Counted from the first letter of the stretch, positions 17,559 through 24,434 are shown. The stretch: 24,434 bases of DNA from an uncultured Bacilli bacterium (GCA_947630885.1 CANRJI010000001.1:1-24434); one strand, 5' to 3'. Translations and numbers: made by a program. The notes: generated by a model from the sequence alone, not told the origin.

Positions 17559-18932
17559 ATGAAAAAAACAAATTGGTGTACAAAAGAAGAAATGAAAAAA
17601 ATACTTACATCTGTCGATGTAAAAGGGGAAAATGTTAAGGCTGGCATTCCTGTAATGTATGACGATAACTATTTATATGTTAACGATAAAGTTGAACATA
17701 CTTTGGTTATTGGTTCATCTGGTAGTGGGAAAACACAGACAACTATTTTGCCAATGCTTAAACTGGCTATGAAGGCAGGTGAATCGATTGTTCTAAATGA
17801 TGTTAAGGGTGATATTTACAGAATGACCGCCAAAGAGTTGGAAAGGAATGGTTATAAAACAGTAGTTTTAGATATTGAAAATCCTAATTTAGGTAATTCT
17901 TGGAATCCATTTGCTCTTCCTTACAAATTATATAAAGAAGGTATGGTTGACAAAGCAATGGAGCTTCTTGAAAACATTATATACTACTTATTTAATGATC
18001 CTAAAGACAAATCGGCAAATATTGATCCATTCTGGACAAATACTTCAATTGATTATCTTACTGGTATGTCACTATATTTGTTTAGTGTCGCTAAAGAAGA
18101 AGAAATTAATTTAAAAAGTATATATGAACTTGCTATTACGGTATCAGGCTCTGAAGAAAAAGTGATTAAGGAATTTTTATCTAAAGTTGATAAAACGTCA
18201 AGTGTTTACTTTAACATCTATGGAACTTTAAGCACTCCTGTCGAAACGAGAAGTGGTATTATTGCAACTTTAAATAGTAAGATTAGACCTTATGTTTCAC
18301 GTGATAGTCTATCTAACATGATGGGGGCTACAGACTTTGATATAGAAAATATTGGTAATGAAAAGATGGCTATCTTTATTGTAAGTGGTAATACAGAGTA
18401 TAGTGATAATTTAATTCCTTTATTTGTAAATCAGGTTATTGACTGTGTCGATATTTATGGAAAAAGAGAGAAAAAAATTAATGTGTTATTAGATGAATTT
18501 GATTCATTACTTCCAATTAAGAATTTTTCAAAACTAATTAGTTATGCTAAAGGATTAAATATTAGATTTATAGCGGTAATTAAAAGCTATGTCAGTCTAA
18601 TGAATACTTATGGTAAAGATGGTTTAGAAATTATTAAAATGTGTTTTGGTAATGTTATCTATCTATTATCTAATGATATATACACTCTCGAAGAAGTTAG
18701 CAATTTGTGTGGAAATGTAACTGATGAAAAAGGTAATAGCACACCTTTAATATCAACTCAAGAACTTAAAATGATGGATAATTTTGAAGCTATTATTGTA
18801 ATGCCAAGAACTATGCCTTTTAGAACTCATCTTCTTCCTGATTATAAAATTGATTGGGGATTTGAAGACTCTTTGGTCGACATTCCTAAAAGAAAAGAGA
18901 ATGTAATTAATGTATATGATTGCACTAAATAA
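17559..18932 (+). CDS. VirD4/TraG-like type IV coupling ATPase lacking an N-terminal membrane anchor
   Basis: HTLVIGSSGSGKT (Walker A), SIVLNDVKGDIY, GNSWNPF, DPFW, Walker B VLLDEFDSL, YGKD...GNVIYL; strong SD GAAAGGAG. Confidence 0.88.
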   Translation: MKKTNWCTKEEMKKILTSVDVKGENVKAGIPVMYDDNYLYVNDKVEHTLVIGSSGSGKTQTTILPMLKLAMKAGESIVLNDVKGDIYRMTAKELERNGYKTVVLDIENPNLGNSWNPFALPYKLYKEGMVDKAMELLENIIYYLFNDPKDKSANIDPFWTNTSIDYLTGMSLYLFSVAKEEEINLKSIYELAITVSGSEEKVIKEFLSKVDKTSSVYFNIYGTLSTPVETRSGIIATLNSKIRPYVSRDSLSNMMGATDFDIENIGNEKMAIFIVSGNTEYSDNLIPLFVNQVIDCVDIYGKREKKINVLLDEFDSLLPIKNFSKLISYAKGLNIRFIAVIKSYVSLMNTYGKDGLEIIKMCFGNVIYLLSNDIYTLEEVSNLCGNVTDEKGNSTPLISTQELKMMDNFEAIIVMPRTMPFRTHLLPDYKIDWGFEDSLVDIPKRKENVINVYDCTK

Positions 18933-18955
18933 ATTTTTGCTTAACAAGGTGATTT

Positions 18956-19651
18956 ATGAAAAAGAAAAATAATATAATATATGTACCGGTCGATGTCGTT
19001 TACGATGACCCTGATTATGTAGCAAGTTCTTATTTGAATTGTTCTTATGGGCTTGCTCCAGTAGGTTTATTTGTAAGAGACTATCATGCTTGGGAACAGA
19101 ATTTTGCAAATTTTAAAGCAGATATTACGGACATTCCATTTAATTATAGTCCTGATGTATGGAGTCCATACTTTGAAAAAGGAACTTTTAAACATCGTGG
19201 TCAGCAATATAAATGCGTTAAAATCTCAGATAATGATATGTGCTCTATTAATAATGTATTATCCGGCTTTAATATGGAAGCTAAGCAAAAAGAGTTACCC
19301 GCGATTAGGGCTACCGATTTAACAGAACTTACAATTGATAATACAACATACATTTTTCTTAGCAATACTAGCAATATTAATTTAAATGTAATTACTGACT
19401 TATATGTTGTTACAGGTGATGAATCATATACTCCAAGAGAAGCTCTCGAAAGGTTTTTATCATTTGAACTTCCAGTTGGGTATAAAACTTTTGAACTTCT
19501 TCCGGGAGTAGATGCTATTGGATATACGAAAGATACAGAAATTGCTGTACTTCGCTATAGTAATAAGAAAAAAGATGAAAAAATTGCAGAGTTATCGAAA
19601 AAAATTTACGGCAAAAGTAAACCTAAAGTTCGAGTTCTTACAAAGGAATAA
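18956..19651 (+). CDS. Hypothetical protein, probably co-transcribed with the VirD4-like gene
   Basis: 231-aa ORF 23 nt after the VirD4-like stop, SD AAGGTGA, followed by a terminator; no family recognised. Confidence 0.8.
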   Translation: MKKKNNIIYVPVDVVYDDPDYVASSYLNCSYGLAPVGLFVRDYHAWEQNFANFKADITDIPFNYSPDVWSPYFEKGTFKHRGQQYKCVKISDNDMCSINNVLSGFNMEAKQKELPAIRATDLTELTIDNTTYIFLSNTSNINLNVITDLYVVTGDESYTPREALERFLSFELPVGYKTFELLPGVDAIGYTKDTEIAVLRYSNKKKDEKIAELSKKIYGKSKPKVRVLTKE

Positions 19652-19658
19652 ACTTGAT

Positions 19659-19685
19659 AAAGCATACTAAAACGGTATGCTTTTC
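19659..19685 (+). terminator. Intrinsic terminator after the hypothetical gene
   Basis: AAAGCATAC-taaaacg-GTATGCTTT followed by t, c, t. Confidence 0.7.
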
Positions 19686-19747
19686 TATTATAAGTTTTTA
19701 TTTTTATTGAAATTATAATGTGTAATTAAAACTATTAAATAAAGAAA

Positions 19748-19769
19748 AAGACTACTAATTTGTAGTCTT
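19748..19769 (-). terminator. Distal copy of the prsA terminator hairpin (retains the U tract); left target-site duplication
   Basis: AAGACTAC-taattt-GTAGTCTT. On the minus strand it is followed by TTTTCTTT (plus-strand aaagaaaa, 19741-19747). Confidence 0.75.
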
Positions 19770-19960
19770 CAGACTGTTGACAAACTACATTTTTAGTAAA
19801 AACCAAAATTTGAAAATTCTAAAAGTGGAAGAGAAAGTTAAAAATTGAGTGTTATTTGATATTAAAAATTCAAATTCACTCTTTTTTTAGTACTAAAGTG
19901 GGAGATTAAAAAAGCCGATTGACAAAGCCGGTTTGAAAAACCGACTTTGTCAACGGCCTG
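19770..19960. mobile_element. 191-bp non-autonomous element (MITE), IS1182-family-like ends
   Basis: Terminal inverted repeats CAGACTGTTGACAAA (19770-19784) and TTTGTCAACGGCCTG (19946-19960) match at 13/15. Flanked by an exact 22-bp direct repeat. Subterminal hairpin at 19919-19953. No transposase ORF. Confidence 0.8.
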
Positions 19961-19982
19961 AAGACTACTAATTTGTAGTCTT
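19961..19982. repeat. Right copy of the 22-bp direct repeat (duplicated terminator hairpin)
   Basis: AAGACTACTAATTTGTAGTCTT, identical to 19748-19769. Confidence 0.95.
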
Positions 19983-19990
19983 AATTTTGT

Positions 19991-21115
19991 CTATTTATAT
20001 TGATCCATATAAACTTCATATTTCTTTTCAAGTGAGGTATCAGAGAACTTTAATCCTGCATCTTTTCTCATTTTATCTAAACTGTTACCATATAGATTCT
20101 TATCATCAGTAAGCTTTTTGTCACCAAGAGTATCTAATATTTCTTTTTTAACATCTTCAAGAGCAGGTTTTTCTTTTTGGTCTATACGATAAACAACGTG
20201 ATAGCCATAAGAAGTTTTAACTGGAGTCTTACTATAACTTCCATTAGAAAGTGCTTTCATTTCATCCATGTATGCTGATTCAAGAGAAGCATTATAAGCT
20301 TTATAACCTAATTCTTCATAAGTTATTCTATCAGCATATTCTTCTTTTACTTCATCAAAACTCTTACCTTCATCTAGTTTAGATATTATTTCTTTAGCTA
20401 AATTTTCAGCTTCGGTTTTTTCTTCGGTAGTTGCGGAACTATCAACTTTAACTAACATATGTTTAGTATTGATATCACCAAATACTTCTTTTTCATAGTA
20501 GTCATTTATTTCGTTATCCGTTACTAAAGATTTAGCATAATCTTTGGAATATTTATCTCTTCGATATTGAAGTTTTAAATATTCAAGGAAGGATGCTTCA
20601 CTTGCAAAACCATAATTAGCTAAAAATTCTTCTTTGGTGTAACCATAATATTGGTCATTAACACTGTAGTAATTTTCGGCTTCACTTTGAACTTCATCAA
20701 TCATCTCATCATTTTCGGGATACTTTTCAGTAAGAATTTTATTATCTATTTTATCAAGTAGAGCTGAGATAGAATAGATAACTTTCATATCTTCATATAA
20801 ATCATCAGCAGTTACGACCATTCCTTCAATTTCAGCGACTGGTTCAGTTCCATCTTCTAACTTAGCAATTCTTTCAGGCCAAATAAGAACGGTAACAAGT
20901 GATGTTATAAGTATACCTCCAACTAAACCATAAATAGCCAAACGATATTTGTCAAAGAAAGCAAAAAATTTAAAAATTGCTTCATCGCTGTTTCTCTTAG
21001 TTTTTGCTTTATTATTATCTTTTCTTTCTTTTACTTTGTTTTTTTCTTTTACTAATTTATTTGTTTTAACTTCTTTTTCTTCTGTCTTTTTTGTATCATT
21101 TTTTTTCTTTGCCAT
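19991..21115 (-). CDS. prsA: PrsA-like parvulin peptidyl-prolyl isomerase/foldase, membrane-anchored
   Basis: Parvulin motifs TKHMLVK, GKSFDEVKEEY, SKTPVKTSYGYHVV; SurA-like N-domain; one TM helix. Start moved to ATG 21115 (SD GAAAGGAG); track start is 21148. Confidence 0.85.
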   Translation of the reverse strand: MAKKKNDTKKTEEKEVKTNKLVKEKNKVKERKDNNKAKTKRNSDEAIFKFFAFFDKYRLAIYGLVGGILITSLVTVLIWPERIAKLEDGTEPVAEIEGMVVTADDLYEDMKVIYSISALLDKIDNKILTEKYPENDEMIDEVQSEAENYYSVNDQYYGYTKEEFLANYGFASEASFLEYLKLQYRRDKYSKDYAKSLVTDNEINDYYEKEVFGDINTKHMLVKVDSSATTEEKTEAENLAKEIISKLDEGKSFDEVKEEYADRITYEELGYKAYNASLESAYMDEMKALSNGSYSKTPVKTSYGYHVVYRIDQKEKPALEDVKKEILDTLGDKKLTDDKNLYGNSLDKMRKDAGLKFSDTSLEKKYEVYMDQYK

Positions 21116-21143
21116 TTTATTTCTCCTTTCAATGTACATTAAT

Positions 21144-21172
21144 ATCATAGCAAAATTAAGGAAAAATTACAA
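21144..21172 (-). promoter_or_regulatory. Sigma-A promoter (extended -10) of prsA
   Basis: Minus strand: TTGTAA (21172-21167), 17-nt spacer, TGc-TATGAT (21149-21144). Confidence 0.6.
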
Positions 21173-21253
21173 TATTAATTTGTAATTATGGGTTATTTAC
21201 CATAATTTTTTGGCTTTATATTAGTGATAAATAATAAGGTGGGTAATAAGGCG

Positions 21254-21282
21254 ACACCTTTTTTTAGTTTTACCATAAAATA
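21254..21282 (+). promoter_or_regulatory. Candidate sigma-K (mother-cell sporulation) promoter
   Basis: ACAC at 21254-21257, 16-nt spacer, CATAAAATA at 21274-21282, matching the AC-N16/17-CATAnnnTA consensus; lies upstream of the YjcZ-like genes. Confidence 0.4.
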
Positions 21283-21313
21283 TTGTGAATAGAAAAAAAA
21301 GGAGGAATGTATT

Positions 21314-21394
21314 ATGGGTAACTGTGGTTCTTCAGCAGCAATCGTTTTAGTTTTATTCATTCTATTAATAATCATACTAGGCGCTTGGATATAA
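21314..21394 (+). CDS. YjcZ/SscA-family tiny sporulation membrane peptide (26 aa), absent from the ORF track
   Basis: SD GGAGG at 21301; MGNCGSSAAIVLVLFILLIIILGAWI*, carrying the family's A-x-I-x-V-L-F-I-L-L-I-I-x-G motif. Confidence 0.85.
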   Translation: MGNCGSSAAIVLVLFILLIIILGAWI

Positions 21395-21410
21395 AAAGGA
21401 GGTGTTAACT

Positions 21411-21524
21411 ATGTCTGGAAATAGTTCTTGTAATGGTTCTACCAATAGTGGGAATGGCTTCTTAATAGTGGTTGTTCTATACATACTACTTGCTATTATA
21501 CTAGGTTCTGCTTTCTTATTCTAA
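21411..21524 (+). CDS. Second YjcZ/SscA-family peptide (37 aa), absent from the ORF track
   Basis: SD AAGGAGGTG at 21396-21404; MSGNSSCNGSTNSGNGFLIVVVLYILLAIILGSAFLF*, with a Gly/Ser/Asn-rich head and an F-x-I-V-V-V-L-Y-I-L-L-A-I-I-L-G helix. Confidence 0.85.
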   Translation: MSGNSSCNGSTNSGNGFLIVVVLYILLAIILGSAFLF

Positions 21525-21541
21525 AATTTTTTACTTTTGAG

Positions 21542-21566
21542 AAACTATCTTCGGATAGTTTTTTTT
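21542..21566 (+). terminator. Intrinsic terminator after the YjcZ-like pair
   Basis: AAACTATC-ttcg-GATAGTTT (cUUCGg tetraloop) followed by a T run. Confidence 0.85.
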
Positions 21567-21623
21567 GTAAAAAGAACTTGCATTTTAAGATACAAGTCCT
21601 TTTAAATTTAATATAGATTTTCT

Positions 21624-21980
21624 TTATTTTAATTTATTATATACTTCTCCAAGAGATATCTTACTTTCTTCTTTATACTTAGGAATTAAATGTAAATGAT
21701 AGTGCTTTACCTCTTGACCAAGACCATTATTTTGACACATTGAAATACCATCATAATTTAATCTTTCTTTTAATAGTTTAGCAATATCTTTAGCAACTTT
21801 GTATACATGCATAAGGGTATCTTCGTCTATATCAAAAAAATCTTGATAATGCTTTTTAGGGACGATTAGGGTGTGTCCATTGTGATTAGGGTTGACATCT
21901 AAAAAGACTTTGACAATATCATCTTCATATAAGGTATATGAAGGAATTTCATTATTAATTATTTTACAAAATATGTCCAT
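21624..21980 (-). CDS. hit: HIT family nucleotide hydrolase (HinT)
   Basis: DIFCKIINNEIPS, FLDVNP...GHTLIVPKKH, histidine triad HYHLHLIP; SD GGAGG. Confidence 0.95.
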   Translation of the reverse strand: MDIFCKIINNEIPSYTLYEDDIVKVFLDVNPNHNGHTLIVPKKHYQDFFDIDEDTLMHVYKVAKDIAKLLKERLNYDGISMCQNNGLGQEVKHYHLHLIPKYKEESKISLGEVYNKLK

Positions 21981-22134
21981 TACTTACCTCCAAGAATAGT
22001 ATAACAAAAAAGAGAAAATAAATAAATATCTTCTCTAATGAATATCTGCGAATATTCTAATTTTATTATGTAAAATTTGTGGATATTTTATTCAAAATAT
22101 TAACTTTTTATGGTTTATTTGATATAATTTAAGT

Positions 22135-22806
22135 ATGAGAAGTATGAAAAAAATATTAATTATTTTAAGTATTTTAATTGTAAGTATAAATACGGTTTAT
22201 GCTAAAGAAGTAGTAAAATTTTCGAAATGTGTCGATGGTGATACGATTAAAGTAGAAATTGATGGAGAAGTTAAGACAGTTAGATTTCTAGCGGTCGATA
22301 CACCAGAATCAGTTCATCCAACAAAGGGAATGGAATATTATGGTAAGGAAGCTAGTAACTATACTTGTGAAGCAGTAACAAAGGCTAAAAAAATTGAACT
22401 TGAATATGATGACAATAGTGATAAAGAAGATAAATACGATCGATTACTTGCTTGGGTTTGGGTTGATGATGTACTTCTTCAAGACGAACTAATTAAAAAT
22501 GGTTATGCAGAAGTTACTTATTTATATGGAGACTATAAATATACGTCTCTTCTTCAAGATCATCAAGCGATAACAGAAGCAAAAAAGATTGGTATATGGA
22601 ATGAAGAAGCAAGAAAGGAGTATGATTCGGCAGCATCTGAAAAAGAAAATAATAGTGATGACAATAGCAAAGAAAATGATGATATTGATTTTAAAAATAT
22701 GTCAACAAAAGAAATGATTACATTAGCTATTGGATTACTTATTTTTGTATTATTTGGATCAACAATAAAGAAATATAAAAGAAAACTTAAAAATTTAATG
22801 AAATAA
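22135..22806 (+). CDS. Thermonuclease (SNase) family nuclease with signal peptide and C-terminal membrane anchor
   Basis: VDGDT, VRFLAVDTPE and DKYDRLLA catalytic motifs; signal peptide ending VYA; C-terminal hydrophobic helix plus basic tail. Confidence 0.92.
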   Translation: MRSMKKILIILSILIVSINTVYAKEVVKFSKCVDGDTIKVEIDGEVKTVRFLAVDTPESVHPTKGMEYYGKEASNYTCEAVTKAKKIELEYDDNSDKEDKYDRLLAWVWVDDVLLQDELIKNGYAEVTYLYGDYKYTSLLQDHQAITEAKKIGIWNEEARKEYDSAASEKENNSDDNSKENDDIDFKNMSTKEMITLAIGLLIFVLFGSTIKKYKRKLKNLMK

Positions 22807-22865
22807 AATTTAATCTTGCTTAAGGCTATTATAATATATCAAAGTGAAAGGAATGGGTAAACTAA

Positions 22866-23783
22866 ATGAATAAAGATGTAACATTAGTTATTTTAGCAGG
22901 TGGCATGGGAAGTCGATTTGGCGGTTTAAAACAAATTGCACCAATGGGACCAAATGGAGAATTTATTATCGACTATTCAATATACGATGCGATAAAAGCT
23001 GGTTTTAATAAGGTTGTATTTTTGATTAGAAAAGAAAATTTTGAAATTTTTAAGGAAACAATTGGAAGTAGAGTTGAACCACATATAAGGGTAGAATATG
23101 CTTTTCAAGAGTTTGATGCAGTTCCTTGTGCGGTAAATATTCCTAGTGAAAGAGTTAAACCTCTTGGAACAGCACACGCAATATTATGTGTAAAGAATTT
23201 TGTTCATGAACCTTTTGCCATAATTAATGCCGATGATTTTTATGGAAGAGATGCTTTTGTAAAGGCCTATAATTACTTAAATACAGTCGATGTTAATTCT
23301 AACGACTATGGAATGATTGGTTATCGTGTTGGAAATACGCTTACAGAAAATGGATCGGTTAAAAGAGGTGTCTGTCAAGTTCAGGATAATGGATATTTAG
23401 TTAACATAACGGAAAGTAAAGTTGAAAAGGTTAATGATGTTATTACGGCTAGTCCATTAGACGGAAGAAAAGAGTTTGTCGTTAAATCTACTGACCCTGT
23501 ATCGATGAATTTTCTTTTGTTTACTCCAACAATATTTAAATATTTAGAGGAAGAATTTGCAGACTTTTTAAGAAATAAAAATACAGATTTACTTACTTCA
23601 GAATATTTAATCCCAGACGTTTTACAGAAACTTATCGATGAAAGGGAAGCGACCGCTAGAGTAATTGAGACGGAAGCTAATTGGTATGGCGTTACGTATA
23701 AGGAAGATACTCCGGTAGTAAGAAAAGCAATTGCTAATTTTGTTAAAGATAATGTTTATAGCAATGAATTATGGAAAAATTAG
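22866..23783 (+). CDS. Sugar-phosphate nucleotidyltransferase (NTP_transferase family)
   Basis: LVILAGGMGSRFGGLKQ, IIDYSIYDAIKAGF, KPLGTAHA, INADDFYG. Confidence 0.88.
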   Translation: MNKDVTLVILAGGMGSRFGGLKQIAPMGPNGEFIIDYSIYDAIKAGFNKVVFLIRKENFEIFKETIGSRVEPHIRVEYAFQEFDAVPCAVNIPSERVKPLGTAHAILCVKNFVHEPFAIINADDFYGRDAFVKAYNYLNTVDVNSNDYGMIGYRVGNTLTENGSVKRGVCQVQDNGYLVNITESKVEKVNDVITASPLDGRKEFVVKSTDPVSMNFLLFTPTIFKYLEEEFADFLRNKNTDLLTSEYLIPDVLQKLIDEREATARVIETEANWYGVTYKEDTPVVRKAIANFVKDNVYSNELWKN

Positions 23784-23864
23784 TTAAATTGTGGTATTTA
23801 CAAATTTCTATTTTTATTGCAATTGATATTTGATATAATTATATTGTAAGAAAGGAATGATATA

Positions 23865-24392
23865 ATGAGATACAATATTCGTGGAGATAAAATGGTGGTT
23901 ACTGATGCAATTAAGGATTATGCAGAAGAAAAATTAAGTAGATTGGAAAAGTATTTTAAAGATGATGAGGTGACGGCGAACATCCTTGCGAGAGTAAAAG
24001 GTAATTCACAAATTGTGGAAGTTACGATACCCACTAGTAAGTTTGTGCTAAGAAGTGAAGAAGAAAATGAAGACTTATATGCTGCGATTGACTTGGTTAG
24101 CGATAAGTTAGAAAGACAAATTAGAAAAAATAAGACACGTCTTAGTAGAAATATGAAAGAAAGCGTTAAAGAATTTAATTTTGATTTTGATATTGAAGAA
24201 GAAGAAAAGCCAGAAGAGAAAATTGTTAAGAGAAAGAATATTGAAATGAAGCCAATGGATGAGGAAGAGGCTATTCTCGAGATGGAATTACTTGGTCATT
24301 CATTCTTTGTATATAAAGATATGGAAACAAATAATATTTGTGTTTTATATAAAAGAAAAGATGGAGATTACGGATTAATCGAAACGAAATAA
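23865..24392 (+). CDS. hpf: Ribosome hibernation promoting factor, long form (HPF/RaiA)
   Basis: VTDAIKDYAEEKL, DLYAAIDLVSDKLERQIRKNK, C-terminal S30AE domain KPMDEEEAILEMELLGHSFFVY; TGaTATAAT upstream. Confidence 0.96.
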   Translation: MRYNIRGDKMVVTDAIKDYAEEKLSRLEKYFKDDEVTANILARVKGNSQIVEVTIPTSKFVLRSEEENEDLYAAIDLVSDKLERQIRKNKTRLSRNMKESVKEFNFDFDIEEEEKPEEKIVKRKNIEMKPMDEEEAILEMELLGHSFFVYKDMETNNICVLYKRKDGDYGLIETK

Positions 24393-24434
24393 ATAGTTAA
24401 AAAAGAATAATGAGTTTAGAATATAAATTATTCT

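Noticed and set aside
17559-19651. An integrative conjugative element around the VirD4-like gene
   Set aside because: No integrase, relaxase, VirB4 or att-like repeats are visible, and the flanks are chromosomal genes.
19748-19982. Two identical palindromic repeats as a minimal CRISPR array
   Set aside because: There are only two 22-bp copies, the 191-bp spacer has its own terminal inverted repeats, and no cas genes are present. A target-site duplication explains it better.
21193-21375. 60-aa minus-strand ORF in the track
   Set aside because: It is the antisense shadow of the first YjcZ-like gene and its promoter; the plus strand has the SD, family motif and terminator.
1959-23177. Other short overlapping or antisense ORFs in the track (e.g. 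1959-2216, 3225-3428, 4064-4435, 6707-6934, 6759-7073, 7261-7572, 7631-7858, 8041-8286, 9096-9329, 10180-10500, 11308-11544, 13012-13212, 15090-15290, 17911-18114, 18753-18947, 19086-19322, 20949-21185, 22977-23177)
   Set aside because: All lie within or opposite confident genes, show no recognisable motifs, and have the composition expected of shadow frames in AT-rich DNA.
24404-24434. AGAATAAT...ATTATTCT hairpin after hpf as a terminator
   Set aside because: The window ends at the stem, so a U tract cannot be seen; the stem is AT-only with a long loop.

Overview
A strongly AT-rich chromosomal window from a low-GC Firmicute (Bacilli). It uses the standard genetic code: dnaI ends in TGA and Trp is TGG. 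Gene content and style suggest an uncultured reduced-genome Bacilli lineage such as RF39, but that is inference. Most of the window is housekeeping: 5'-truncated parB, a cold-shock gene, a CPBP protease, dnaB-dnaI-small membrane ORF-dnaE-gmk, an HD-like ORF coupled to valS, TM2/DUF2752/DUF421 membrane genes, a polysaccharide deacetylase, rmuC, DUF3603, prsA, hit, a thermonuclease, a nucleotidyltransferase and hpf. Four observations stand out. (1) valS is the short archaeal-type enzyme, and just behind its stop codon is what looks like a decayed 3' end of a canonical bacterial valS, suggesting in-place gene replacement. (2) A stand-alone VirD4-like ATPase with no membrane anchor sits between a divergent single-domain AraC gene and an unknown protein, with no conjugation genes nearby. 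(3) A 191-bp non-autonomous IS1182-like element has duplicated the whole prsA terminator hairpin as a 22-bp target duplication. (4) Two tiny YjcZ/SscA-like genes missed by the ORF track lie between prsA and hit behind a candidate sigma-K promoter. No rRNA, tRNA or CRISPR array was seen.
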